A stretch of DNA of 64,000 nt. Origin: Phyllobates terribilis (taxonomy: Eukaryota). The DNA lies in NCBI RefSeq assembly GCF_046119375.1, contig NW_027362763.1, positions 271,746,001-271,810,000 on the forward strand. The letters are read 5' to 3'. A program made the position numbers and the translations under genes. Under the pieces are notes generated by a model. That model ran no database searches, was not told the DNA's origin, and was given only the letters and a program-made list of their open reading frames with translations. Shown piece after piece: positions 31,665 to 44,199 of the stretch. Positions within the stretch are counted from its first letter, which is position 1. Each line of letters begins with the position of its first letter.

Positions 31665-34160
31665 CATTCTATTAGTCCATCTATACTGACCTCCATAAGG
31701 TTGCAAATTGAATATAATTTTTTTCTGCATCTAGCTCTGAAAAAATATTTGTCCTTCTAGCAGTGTATGGGACTTGTTCTACTAGTCCATCTATACTGAC
31801 CTCCATCAGGTTGCAAATTCAAAATAATTTTTTGTCTGCATCTAGCTCTGAAAAAATATTTGGGCTTCTAGCAGTGTGTGGGACTTGTTCTATTAGTCCA
31901 TCTATACTGACCTCCATCAGGTTGCAAATTAAAAATATTTTTTTGTCTGCATCTAGCTCTGAAAAAATATTTGGCATTCTAGCAGTGTGTGGGACTTGGT
32001 CTATTAGTCCATCTATACTGACCTCCATCATGTTGCAAATTAAAAATATTTTTTTGTCTGCATCTAACTCTGAAAAAATATTTGGCCTTCTAGCTGTGTG
32101 TGGGACTTGTTCTATTAGTCCATCTATACTGACCTCCATCAGGTTGCAAATTAAAAATAATTTTTATCTGCATCTAGCTCTGAAAAAATATTTGGCCTTC
32201 TAGCAGTGTGTGGGACTTGTTCTATTAGTCCATCTATACTGACCTCCATCAGGTTGCAAACTGAATATAATTTTTTTCAACATCTACCTCTGAAAAAATA
32301 TTTGGGCTTCTAGCAGTGTGTGGGACTTGTTTTATTAGTCCATCTATACTGACCTCCATCAGGTTGCAAATTAAAAATAATTTTTATCTGCATCTAGCTC
32401 TGAAAAAATATTTGGCCTTCTAGCAGTGTGTGGGACTTGTTCTATTAGTCCATCTATACTGACCTCCATCAGGTTGCAAATTGAATATAATTTTTTTCTG
32501 CATCTAGCTCTGAAAAAATATTTGTCCTTCTAGCAGTGTGTGGGACTTGTTCTACTAGTCCATCTATACTGACCTCCATCAGGTTGCAAATTAAAAATAA
32601 TTTTTATCTGCATCTAGCTCTGAAAAAATATTTGTCCTTCTAGCAGTGTGTGGGACTTGTTCTACTAGTCCATGTATACTGACCTCCATCAGGTTGCAAA
32701 CTGAATATAATTTTTTTCTGCATCTAGATCTGAAAAAGTATTTGTCCTTCTAGCAGTGTGTGGGACTTGTTCTACTAGTCCATCTATACTGACCTCCATC
32801 AGGTTGGAAATTCAAAATAATTTTTTGTCTGCATCTAGCTCTGAAAAAATATTTGGCCTTCTAGCAGTGTGTGGGACTTGTTCTATTAGTCCATCTATAC
32901 TGACCTCCTTCAGGTTGCAAACTGAATATAATTTTTTTCAACATCTACTTCTGAAAAAATATTTGGGCTTCTAGCAGTGTGTGGGACTTGTTTTATTAGT
33001 CCATCTATACTGACCTCCATCAGGTTGCAAATTAAAAATAATTTTTATCTGCATCTAGCTCTGAAAAAATATTTGGCCTTCTAGCAGTGTGTGGGACTTG
33101 TTCTATTAGTCCATCTATACTGACCTCCATCAGGTTGCAAATTCAAAATAATTTTTTGTCTGCATCTAGCTCTGAAAAAATATTTGGCCTTCTAGCAGTG
33201 TGTGGGACTTGTTCTATTAGTCCATCTATACTGACCTCCATCAGGTTGCAAATTGAATATAATTTTTTTCTGCATCTAGCTCTGAAAAAATATTTGTCCT
33301 TCTAGCAGTGTGTGGGACTTGTTCTACTAGTCCATGTATACTGACCTCCATCAGGTTGCAAACTGAATATAATTTTTTTCTGCATCTAGCTCTGAAAAAA
33401 TATTTGTCCTTCTAGCAGTGTGTGGGACTTGTTCTACTAGTCCATCTATACTGACCTCCATCAGGTTGCAAACTGAATATAATTTTTTTCTGCATCTAGC
33501 TCTGAAAAAATATTTGTCCTTCTAGCAGTGTGTGGGACTTGTTCTACTAGTCCATCTATACTGACCTCCATCAGGTTGCAAATTAAAAATAATTTTTTGT
33601 CTGCATATAGCTCTGAAAAAATATTTGGGCTTCTAGCAGTGTGTGGGACTTGTTCTATTAGTCCATCTATACTGACCTCCATCAGGTTGCAAACTGAATA
33701 TAATTTTTTTCTGCATCTACCTCTGAAAAAATATTTGGGCTTCTAGCTGTGTGTGGGACTTGTTCTATTAGTCCATCTATACTGACCTCCATCAGGTTGC
33801 CAATTGAATATAATTTTTTTCTGCTTCTAGCTCTGAAAAAATATCTGGGCTTCTAGCAGTGTGTGGGACTTGGTCTATTAGTCCATCTATACTGACCTCC
33901 ATCAGGTTGCAAATTGAATATAATATTTTTCTGCATCTATCTCTGAAAAAATATTTGGCCTTCTAGCACTGTGTGGGACTTGTTCTATTAGTCCATCTAT
34001 ACTGACCTCCATCAGGTTGCAAACTGAATATAATTTTTTTCTGCATCTACCTCTGAAAAAATTTTTGGGCTTCTAGCCGTGTGTGGGACTTGTTCTATTA
34101 GTCCGTCTATACTGACCTCCATCAGGTTGCAAATTGAATATAATTTTTTTCTGCATTTAA
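31665..34160. repeat. 110-111-bp satellite-like tandem array, about 23 copies, upstream of the hAT transposase
   Basis: CTCCATCAG recurs at 31801, 31912, 32023, 32134, 32244 and onward. Unit TTCTAGCAGTGTGTGGGACTTGTTCTATTAGTCCATCTATACTGACCTCCATCAGGTTGCAAA... Confidence 0.97.
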
Positions 34161-34275
34161 CCCAGCCAATAGGTTTGGCCTAATACCACAGTTTGGCCAC
34201 TCAGCTCTGCTCGGTTCCCATCCATTGTTTTTTTATGCAAACAACTCCAGAATTGTGAATTAGTTAACCACCAAA

Positions 34276-37200
34276 ATGAGTGGAAAAAGGCCTGCTGCTG
34301 GTGGAAAGGGGAATAGGCGTGTTGGGAAGGGGAAAAAAAATTGTGTCCGTGGGGTAGGTGTTAAAGCAACAGTAACATCTGCAGAAGAAAGACCATCTTC
34401 CAGCCAAACTAAAATGTCTACTTCTTTTAGCGGACAATGTGATAAGATCCCTTTCTTACGGCCACGCCAATCGCTACAAATTCCAGATGAGGCACAAAAA
34501 CAGCAGGTGCTTCAATGGATATCAAGTGTTCTTTTAAGTGGGCTCTCCTCCACATCAACTTCAAGATCACAAATACTCCAGTCCTCAAAGGTGTCACCCC
34601 AATCGCACTAGCTTCCTCACAGCTCCCAAATCTCCAGCTGCCCGTCTGAGTATGAGGTAGAACAGATAGTTGAGTCTGCAGAGCTGTTTACTCATACTAT
34701 AGCCTGGGAATCAGAGGTCGGCTCCAGCGCTTCTGTGAATCCAGACAAGGAAATAATCTGCACTGATGCCCAGAATCTTTATGAGTCGGATCCAGGACCA
34801 GACGCTGAAGGTTCTGACCATAATGTAGACCCTCGTTCCCAAACTGTAACTCCTGTTGGTGGAGACAATGAGGAAGACGATGATGAGACTCAAATACCAG
34901 ATTGGAGCGACAACTTTAGTTTTTTGTCAGGGCAGGAACAGGTTGGCTCTGAGGACGACGGGTGTGATAATGCACAGGGTGATGATGATGAGGTTGGAGA
35001 TCCCACTTACTGTCAACCCACAGTCAGCCAAGAGATGACCTCAGCAGAGGAGGTGGAGGAGAATGCTAGTGACAATGAGGTCAGGTTGCGCCTTCCTGGA
35101 CTGAAACGTAGTACTGGAAGCACGTCAACAACTGCATCCTCAAACACAACTCTGCCTCTCACCACAAGTCGTGGTGGCACATGGGTGCTAAGCCTTGCAT
35201 AGCCTGGGCATTTTTTCAGATCAATAAAGATGACCCAACTCGTGTTATCTGTAACATTTGTCAGCAAAAGCTAAGTAGAGGCCAAAAAATACATAGTTTG
35301 AGTACTTCATGCATGAACCGTCACATGGACATGAAGCATAAGTTGCAGTGGGAAGCTCACTGTGCTACAATGCGGCCTAGCCGGCCGGGCCAACCACCGT
35401 CTGCCATATCTTGTGCATCCGCGGCCTCTTCATCCTCTGTGACTGGGGGGACAGCAGTCACACCTGTTTTGGGGCGCAGACCTGCCACCTCTTTACCCGC
35501 AACAGCCAGCGTGATTGGCAGGTCATCATTTTCTTTGGAGGTGGTAACACCAGCTGGTGTTGAGCGCTGTCCGACATCGATAGCACCACCTTTGGATCAA
35601 GGCAACCTAACATGTCCGCCTGCATCTTCCTCACAGACCGGCAGTTTGCCGGGGACGCACTGGGTAACTATGGTGACAGCAGGACAAGGGGCGGCTGTCC
35701 AAGTCTTGCCATCCCCAAGAGTTGTGCGTCAATCCTCTTTATCTCAAAGTTCCTCCACTGCTTCTGCCTCCACAACCTCCTCTCAGTTCTCCACCTGCAC
35801 CCAAAGCCTGTCTGGTCATGCCACAAGCTTTCTAACTGCGCAGAAGGGATCCTGCACACCTCCTTACTATGCTGGCAGTAGGGCTCAACATCATCAGGCA
35901 GTTTTTACTTTGAAATGTCTGGGAAATGTGAGTCACACAGCTGAGGAGTTGTGGTCAGCTCTGGAGAACCAATTTCATGAATGGTTGTCTCCACTGGACC
36001 TGAAACCAGGGAAGGCCGTGGCTGACAATGCTGCAAACCGGGGTGCGGCCCTTCGCCGGGGCAATGTCACACACGTGCCATGTATGGCTCATGTGTTGAA
36101 CCTGGTTGTCCAGCAATTTTTAGACCACTATCCCGGACTAGATGGCCTTCTGCTGTGGGCACGGTCGCTGTGTGCTCACTTCCCGTTCGCATCCCGCAGC
36201 TCAGCGACTTACATCTCTACTGAAGTCGTTGGGCCTGCCACTTCACCGGCAAAAATGCAATGTGCCTACCCGGTGGAATTCAACTCTGCACCTGTTGCAG
36301 CGACTGTGGCAGCACCGACAAGCCCTGGTGCAATATGTTGTGACGTATAGCCTGGGCCAACGAGATCCAGAGGTGGAGCAAATCACGCTGGAGGAGTGGT
36401 CTCAGATCAGGGACCTATGCACCCTTCTGCACAGTTTTGAAATGGCGACGAAGATGTTTAGTGCTGACGATGCCATTATCAGCATGACTATTCCGGTGAT
36501 TTACATGCTGGAGCACATGTTAAACAGAATTCGGAGTCACGTGGTGGCACAAGAGGAGGTGGAGGAAGTAGAGGAGGAGGAGTTGTATGCGGAAGGGCTA
36601 ACATCTGCAAGGTCCAGACGGTCAGCAGCACCAAGGCGGCAGGCATGTGAGGGTGGGGGAGATGGTTTTACCAGGGCGCATGGTAGCAACCAAACTAGTG
36701 AGGAAGGTGCAGGAGCCCAGGAAGAAGTGGAGGACGAACTGATGGAAGACTCATCAGATGAGGGAGACCTTGATCACATTTCTGTTGTGCGAGGTTGGGG
36801 GGAGAGGACAGAGGAAGGAAGCATGATTGTTACCTCGCCACCAACACAACAGGGACTTGGTGCTCCTGGATGCGCAAGACACATGAGTGCCTTCTTGCTG
36901 CACTACCTGCAACATGACCCTCGAATTGTGAGAATTAGAAATAATCCTGACTACTGGGTTGCCACACTGTTAGATCCCTGGTACAAAAGTAAATTTGCAG
37001 AAATTATTCCTGCCATAGAAAGGGATGCACGCATGCAGGAGTATCAGCAGAGACTGTTGCAGAATCTTACATGTGCTTTTCCACAAAACACCAGTGGTGC
37101 ATGTACTGAATCTCACAGTTCCAACTTGCCAACCGTGGGACCGTCGAGTGTTCAGCACTCAAACCGTAACAGAAACACATTATCTGCTGGTAACATCAAT

Positions 37201-37590
37201 TTTGCAGAATCATTTCACCACTTTTTTAGCCCATCCTTTGCAAGGCCACAGGAGACAAGAAGTCTGACACATAGTCAACGCATTGAGACGATGGTACAGG
37301 AGTATCTCCAAGTAAACATTGAAGCCATGACTGTGTCACTGGACCCTTGCTCTTTTTGGGTTTCCAATCTGGATAAATGGCCGGAGCTAGCCACTTACGC
37401 CTTGGAGATCTTGTCATGCCGGGCAGCCAGCGTTCTGTCTGAACGTGTGTTCAGCACTGCTGGTGGTGTGCTGACAGATAAGCGCACGCGGCTCTCCACT
37501 GATAATGTAGACAGACTCACGTTTATAAAGATGAACAAGTCATGGATCCGAAATGACTTTTCTACCCCTGTGTCATCCTGGGGAGAGTAA
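34276..37590 (+). pseudogene. hAT BED-finger transposase, disabled (stops, frameshifts, internal deletion); C-terminal ORF 36142-37590 still open
   Basis: Basic N-terminus MSGKRPAAGGKGNRRVGKGKK; BED finger AWAFFQINKDDPTRVICNICQQKL..MNRHMDMKH; ADNAAN; CMAHVLNLVVQ; VPTRWNST; LDPWYK; SVLSERVFSTAGG. The VHLTTDTW segment (first catalytic Asp) is missing at about 35655. Confidence 0.92.
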
Positions 37591-37619
37591 AAGCTTGATG
37601 ATTGGTTAAAATCACCTCA

Positions 37620-37880
37620 CCAACCATTTTAAGCTTTCAAATTACTAATCACGTTTATCTGTATCTTGGCTGGAAAATTATTTGTGCTTTGTAGCAGTGT
37701 GCAGTACTGATTCTATTAGGCCATCTATACTAAGCTCCACCAGATTTAAAATTACTAATCATGTTTATCTGTATCTTGGCTGGAAAATAATTTGGGCTTT
37801 GTAGCAGTGTGCAGTACTGATTCTATTAGGCCATCTATACTAAGCTCCACCAGTTTTAAAATTAATAATAATTTTTAGCT
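37620..37880. repeat. Diverged copies (about 115-bp period) of the 110-bp satellite monomer downstream of the transposase
   Basis: TGTAGCAGTGTGCAGTACTGATTCTATTAGGCCATCTATACTAAGCTCCACCAG occurs twice and is homologous to the 31665-34160 unit. Confidence 0.7.
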
Positions 37881-37899
37881 GCAATAATTTTGGGGCTCC

Positions 37900-39460
37900 G
37901 AGATGCGCAAGACACATAAGTGCCTTCTTGCTGCACTATCTGCAACATGACCCTCAGATTGTCAGAATTCGAAGTAATCCTGACTACTGGGTTGCCACAC
38001 TCTTAGATCCCCCACACTCTTCGATCAATCTTTTAATTTTAATAAAGACCAAAAAAATGGTCATTTTTGAAATTATAAGCATTAGCAGGTTATTAGAAAC
38101 TGAAATCAAACAGTTTTCAACTCAAAACTTTATTCTAGGTGATGTTACATTTGCACATAGGACCCCTTGTTTGAAAGGAGCTTCTGAACTCTCTCGTCCA
38201 TTGAATTTGTCAGGTTTTGGATGGTTTCTGCTTCAATTGCTTTGCATGAGGACAGAATACCCTCCCAGAGCTGTTGCTTAGATGTGAACTGCCTCCCGCC
38301 ATCATAGACACTCCTTTTTATGATGCTCCAGAGGTTCTGAATGGGGTTGAGGTCAGGGGAGCATGGGGGTCACACCATAAGTTTGTCCCCTTTTATGCCC
38401 ATATCAGCCAGAGATGCAGATGTGTTATGTGCAGCATGAGACGGTGCATTATCATGCATTAAAATGATCTTGCTGTGGAATACACAGTTCTTCTTCTTGA
38501 ACCATGGCAGGAAGTGCTGTTTGAGAAACTCCACATACATTATGGAGTTCATCTTTACCCCTTCAGGGATCCTAAAGGGGCCGACAATCTCTCTCCCCAT
38601 GATTCCAGCCCAAAACATTACTCCACCTCCTCCTTGTTGGCGCTGTAGCCGTGTTTGCGTGGGGTGTCCATCAACCAGCCATCCTCCACTCCATCCATCT
38701 GGACCATCGAGCGTTGCACGGCACTCATCCGTGAGCAAAACAGTTTTGAAATCAGTCTTCATGTAATGTTTGGCCCGCTGGAGCCGTTTCTGCTTGTGTG
38801 AAGTGGATAGAGGAGGTCGACAGGATGGCGTATGCACAGCTGCAAACCTCTGAAGGACCCTGCATCTTGTTGTTCGGGGGACGTTGGAGGCAACAGCAGC
38901 TTCAAAAACTTGTCTGCTGCTATGACAAGGCTTTTTTGCCGCAGCTCTTTTAACCTGACGTAATTGCCTGTAGGAAAGAGTCCTCAATTTGCCCTTATCA
39001 GCACGCACACGTGTGTACTGTGAATCAGCTACATACTTCTTGATTGCCAAGACACTTCATCCTGATCATCGCACAATGTTGATTGTAGTCATGCCTTGAT
39101 CTAAACACTCCACAATTTGTTGCTTCTCAGCAGCCGACACATCCTTTTTCTTTCCCATTTTGGCAGAAAATGTAGGCTGCTTAATAACGTGGGACAGCCT
39201 TCTTAAGTAGTCTTGCCTTTCATTGGACACACCTGCCAAACTAATTAGCACAGGTGTCTGCAATTGCTTACAGTGATATAAAGAGCCCTGACACACATCA
39301 CCATCAATGAGTTTAACTGACAAACAAACAAATTCTTCCCTTATCACTCCTAAACACTTTTTGCATAATAATTTGGAACACAGAGTACATGTACTATTCC
39401 ACAAAACATCAGTGGTTCACGTAGTGAATCTTACAGTTCTAACTTGCCAACCGTGGTCTG
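37900..39460 (+). pseudogene. Second, fragmentary copy of the hAT transposase region, split by a Tc1 insertion
   Basis: 37900-38010 duplicates 36870-36978 (LLHYLQHDP..YWVATLLDP). 39398-39455 duplicates 37078-37138. Confidence 0.7.
38010..39385 (-). mobile_element. Tc1/mariner element, one TIR retained
   Basis: TIR C(T)CTGTGTTCCAAATTATTATGCAA at 39385 with TA outside it. ORF 38370-39050 carries VLLTDECRATLDGPDG, GGGVMFWAGI and MHDNAPSH, continuing out of frame as PCSPDLNPIQNLW. Confidence 0.88.
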
Positions 39461-39915
39461 TATAGAGTTGTTCAATAAAGGGCCCAAAATTAAGATAACA
39501 TAGATGGGAGAGGTCTCTATGAATATGAATTCCTAAGTATTTGATACCCTGTGAGGGCCAGGCAAAGGGAAAGTTGGACTGGTTGGAATCCTGTATGGAT
39601 TTGGGGAGGGAGACATCGAGGGCCTCAGACTTCGCTGCATTGATTTTAAAATTTGACCATGTAACAAAGTGATCTATTTCAGCCATAACAGCAGGGATGG
39701 ACATATGTGATTGAGTGATATATACTAGGACATCATCAGCAAATAGAGAGCACTTGTACTCGGTGCCTCCCACCTCAATCCACCTAATATTGGGGTTATG
39801 GCGAATTGATGAGAGCAGGTGCTCCGTCACTAGGATGTATAAGAGAGGGGACAGAGGACATCCCTGCCTTGTCCCATTGGTGATTATGAAAGGTGATGAA
39901 AATGTTCTGACGCGC
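39460..39915 (-). mobile_element. L1/Tx1-clade LINE reverse transcriptase fragment
   Basis: NGTRQGCPLSPLLY, SLFADDVLVY, NFKINAAKSEAL, IKYLGIHI. Confidence 0.88.
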
Positions 39916-41121
39916 CCCCTGGGCCTTGGGACACCCGGAGCCGGACCCTTTTTGGTGGATGCTGGTGGTTGTAGTCTCTGTGGCGGCGACCCGGTTCCGT
40001 GGCTCAGGGCGGTCAAACCAGTGGCGGAACTATTTATGTGGTTTTGATGTTTAAATGTCCGACTACGCCACCCGTGGATTGCGGTCAGAGTGAACCGCCG
40101 CTGCAGGGCAGACAGCTGAGGCTGGTGTTGTGGGTGCAGCAGAGCGTAGCATAACTCCCCACGGGAGGAGTATAGCCTCAGGGCAGTGTATTCGGAGGAT
40201 GGGGGTGATGGTGCAGGGCAGCAGCAGTAATGACACGGAGTCAGTGATGCAGTCCAGGGCCTTTACTCACAGTTCTTATTATCCAGACCACGTCTGCAGG
40301 TAAAGGCTGCCCACGTCGTACAGTGCTCACCAGGTGAGGGGCTCAGACAACTCCCAGATAACTTTGGAGCGCTTCACAGGACCCCCTTTGTGTGTCCTTT
40401 GTCTGGCGTTTCTTACCAACCCTTCTGTCCGGGTGCCTCGTGACTCCTCTTGGTAAACTTGGCGCCAGTTTCCCTGACCCTATGTGGTGCCTTCCTAGCG
40501 GGTGTAGCGAGGGGCTGCGCCACATAAAATGTCACAGCTTCTGGTTTCTAGCAGAGGGTCGTTTCCCACCTCCACTAGTTTCGGGGACCGGTCTCCCCCT
40601 TTGGCCTGACCCCTCCACGCAGGTGGATTCAGGCGTGCGGTGGCGACTCGCCCGTCCGCACCCCTGGGATCCCTTCGTTCCTCGTTCCTGGAGCCTTCTC
40701 CGCTCCTCTTCCTTCCTTCTCCCTCTTCCAGGCCTGTGCCTCTGTTACTAGGCCCGCCTCCGGAGCAGAGCTCATGCAGAGCCCCTGCTCCCTGTCACTT
40801 CTGCTCAGACTTCTCTGCACTGAACTAAGATGGTGCCCACCTTTTATACTCCCTTCTCAATGCACCCAGGAACTGCTTCCTCCCTGCTCCTGCACTACAG
40901 GGTTCCCCTTCCTCAGTGTTCCCTCCCCCCACTCCAGACAGGGACAGGGACTGTCGTGCCCATCTCAGGGGCATATTGGTCGCCCTGCCCCACGGCAATG
41001 TGGTGTAATGCATGCAGGTGTCGGGTCCTGATCCACACTCCATCCTTACCTGAGAGTGAGATATCACACCTCTGGGTGAGGTGCAATACCTCTGTAGCAA
41101 CCGAGCCCTCAGGGTGTTACA
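39910..41121. mobile_element. Probable solo LTR (GC-rich, about 1.2 kb)
   Basis: Non-coding GC-rich block beginning TGACGCGCCCCCTGGG and ending AGGGTGTTACA, with inverted-repeat-like ends. The left boundary overlaps L1 sequence and no TSD was confirmed. Confidence 0.5.
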
Positions 41122-42364
41122 GTACCATTTACCTTCAGCCTAGGTGACGTATTGCGATACAGGGCCGTGATTTTGGCTATAAAAGGGTCCCCTAGACCCC
41201 TACCCCAAACTTTTTAAGAGAATAATATATGGCGTGCCAGGAGACTCTATGGAATGCTTTCTCAGCATCCAACGAGAGTATCTAATTACAAATTTTTAAC
41301 TGCATCTAGCCCAGGAAATACTTTGTGCCTAGTAGCAGTGTCTGCTAGTCAGCGGATTATCCCGGCTGTTAAGCATTCTACACCACCTGTAGTTTAGACA
41401 CTTAATTTTTTCAAAGGAAATGCTTCGGGACCAGGGGATACTCAGTGAAGAGCATCAGGAGGCACCCCAAGGCATAGGGGCTGGGACTGGCAGTAGGATG
41501 CCTTGCGGTGGACAGCCGAGCTCGATCCTTATAAAAGCTTTTTAACTGCAGCAGCTTTAGTGGACGCTACTGGAGCTGGAATTACGCGGCTGCTGGCATG
41601 AGACTTGCCCTCCAATAGATCCTTGTAAATGGATTTAAAGTGTATTCATTCAAATTAGAGAGACAATTTAAATTAAAAAGCTTAGAGCTGCCTCCACCAC
41701 AGTGGGGCTCGCTCGACCCACCAGCGGACAGGCACCAGTATTGGGAGAGGGGGGCTGGCCGTCAGGGTTCACCGCGGCTTTGGCACAAACCCGTCGACAC
41801 GGAGGTGGCACGGGCAGGAGCGAACTGGCCGTGTCGGCTTCTCACTTTTTGGTTTTCAGAAGGGCATGACATGCCTATATCTGTGTCTCCCCCTCCTTTT
41901 ACTCCTCCACCTCTTTTCTTTTCGCATGACTATATGTACTTGTCACTTTTCCATGTGTTAGTTGTGTCTTCTGAGCAGTTTGTCAGCTTTTGGACACCTT
42001 TGAAGGTGTTTTCTATGTGTTTCTATGTATTTTTGTTTGCCTGCCATTGGTTTTAACGGTGTTCGAAGGTGTTCGACGAACAGTTCGACAAACAGTTCGG
42101 CGAACACACGGGTGTTCGACGAACCGAACCGAACTCGAACACTACGGGGGTGGCTCAACACTACTCCTTAATAATGGGAAACAATGATTTTTGAGGCCCT
42201 CCACTATGTCTTTTTAAAGGGCTATTGAAGTACCTCCTTCTTCAAACTTTTTGCATCCCTTGCACTTAGTGCATACGCTTTACCAGTCTAGGAGACCCAC
42301 TGCTTGTTAATGTAAAAAAAAGCTTTTCTGAGGCTCCACCTTCTAGTTGGGGGAAACATATTTG

Positions 42365-42680
42365 GGTGGGTTCTATAAGTATATGATACAGTGCCTTGTT
42401 GAGGGTTGTCAGGTGTTCGCCACATAGGGAGTTCTCACACTGCATGCAGGATTTCACAGCTGAGATTGGAGACTTTTTACAGTAAATATTGAAGATCCTG
42501 GTCTCCTCCATATCAGGCTGAATAGATGCGAAATGCTAAACTATGTTCCCCTGCAGGGTTGATGAAATAACAGTCCTTGGTGTTGCTAAGTGCAAAACAA
42601 AACTTTTTTCAGGGTTGATTCAAATGTATTCTATATTCTATATTCTGCAATATTACCTCTCTTATCTGCAATTCATGTAC
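42365..42680 (-). pseudogene. TRIM E3 ligase pseudogene fragment (decayed RING/linker and B-box 1)
   Basis: STLQGNIV*HFASIQPDMEETRIFNIYCKKSPISAVKSCMQCENSLCGEHLTTLNKALYHILIEPT resembles the amphibian/fish TRIM linker-B-box pattern (QPD.EETGIFCTYC..SP..AVKSCL.CE.SLC..HL..H.....H.L.EPT). One Cys and one His ligand are lost, and there is an in-frame stop. Confidence 0.65.
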
Positions 42681-42719
42681 GTTGAGCTATCGCAGTAGGG
42701 ATAGCATATTACAGGCATC

Positions 42720-43066
42720 TAGTTACAACAATTTTTCAAAGATGAGGGGGCCAAAATTTCTCCAGAGCATTGTAAAAGACTCATTACCAGTTATCGCAAA
42801 CACTTGATTGCAGTTGTTTCTGCTAAGGTTGGCCCAACCATTTATTAGGTTTAGAGGGCAATCACTTTTTCACACAGGGTCCTGTAGGTTTGGATTTCTT
42901 TTTCCCTTAATAATAAAGACTTTCATTTAATAACTGCACTTTTTGCTTACTTGTGATATCTTTGTCTAATATTTAAATTTATTTTGTGATCAGAAATATT
43001 TAAGTATGCCAAACATGCAAAAGAATAAGAAATCAGGAAGGAGGCGAAAACTTTTTCACCCCACTA
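42720..43066 (+). mobile_element. Tc1-like 3' end fragment
   Basis: Transposase C-terminus (C.RLITSYRKHLIAVVSAK.G.T), then an AT-rich 3' region ending AAAACTTTTTCACCCCACTA|TA. Confidence 0.7.
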
Positions 43067-44199
43067 TATGTGTGATACAGCTCTTGTTTAAAAACAGTCT
43101 CAGAAGCTGTATTTCTTCAGTTTGCAGCCTATCATGACATGACTGGGATGGCTGCAGTGTGAATTATATCACAGACTCCTTTTCATCTCATTCTTGGAGT
43201 ACTCCTTTAAGTCAAAATCCTATTTCCTAAATTCTAATCTTACAAATCTGCCACCTCTGTTTACAGTAGCATTCAACCATTTTTTATAACCTTGTTTGCC
43301 ACTAGATTTCATTCATAGTGGCATTAAAAATATTTATTTCTATTATTAGTATTTTAAAATTCTTCCTCTATTTTCAGGACACATTGTGCTATTTTTCTTG
43401 TGGATGATCTAGCAGACATTTATTGTAATTTGTAAATCACTGTCATTTTGACGGGTATTGTGCTGTGCAAAGTCCACATATGTCCAGGATGATATGCCAA
43501 GCAATTTTAGCTGACAGACTTCTGTAATAAAAGGATGCCATGGGCAAGAATAAAATATTATATCATCACAAATTTATAACAATCATTTGTCATTATATGG
43601 TGTTAAATGACAAGTACTGACACAAGCACTGGTAAAATAAAGGACCCCAGGCAAAAGATTAAAACATAGTTTTTTTGCTACCAAAAACTAAAATAAACTA
43701 TATCAGATCTATCATTATCTAATATATAGTATATACTATAGTGTAGAAATTATAATCAAATGGAATTGAATTCTACTCGAGCATTTAAAAAATCTGCATT
43801 CACCTAAATGAGTGTGCAAGGTCTCAAGGCACATTGTGATGTCATTATGTTGTGACCTTAAACGTGCTTGTATAGAAGTGTCCCAGGTCTCATCAGAGTG
43901 CATAATTTCTTTTCCTACATCTTATGTTTATTATCTGCCCAGACCCCAGCGCATGATAATAGCTTCCTTAATTTTAGGATTCAGTACATGCAAACATAGA
44001 GGAAATGGACTTTGCCTAGGAGGGCTTACAATTTAGAGAGGAATGGAGGCAGTGGGTGAAAAACTTGCTGACAGCAGGGATATTGCAGGTTTTAATCTTT
44101 CTTGAAGAGGTGGATGCCAGGATGTATTTGAAGAATTTTACAAAAGTTGAAAGAGAGTCTCATTGGGGTAGCGAGTTTTATAACATTAAAACTACCTCT

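Larger units (their letters stand above)
30855..42163 (+). mobile_element. Complete hAT family A element (11.3 kb) with nested cargo
   Basis: TIRs TAGAGATGAAC and GCTCAACACTA, a perfect 8-bp TSD CTCCTTAA at 30847-30854 and 42164-42171, GTTCG-rich subterminal repeats, and an internal transposase. Confidence 0.95.

Noticed and set aside
31665-34160. Regular repeat array resembling a CRISPR locus, with repetitive ORFs (MEVSIDGLIEQVPH.., MCGTCSISPSIL..)
   Set aside because: The whole 110-bp unit repeats with no unique spacers, there are no cas genes, and the context is eukaryotic. The ORFs are translation artefacts of the satellite.
36142-37590. 482-aa ORF as a domesticated ZBED-type host gene
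   Set aside because: It lies within TIR/TSD-bounded DNA, lacks the N-terminal catalytic region, and is preceded by frameshifted transposase frames. No sign of independent exon structure.
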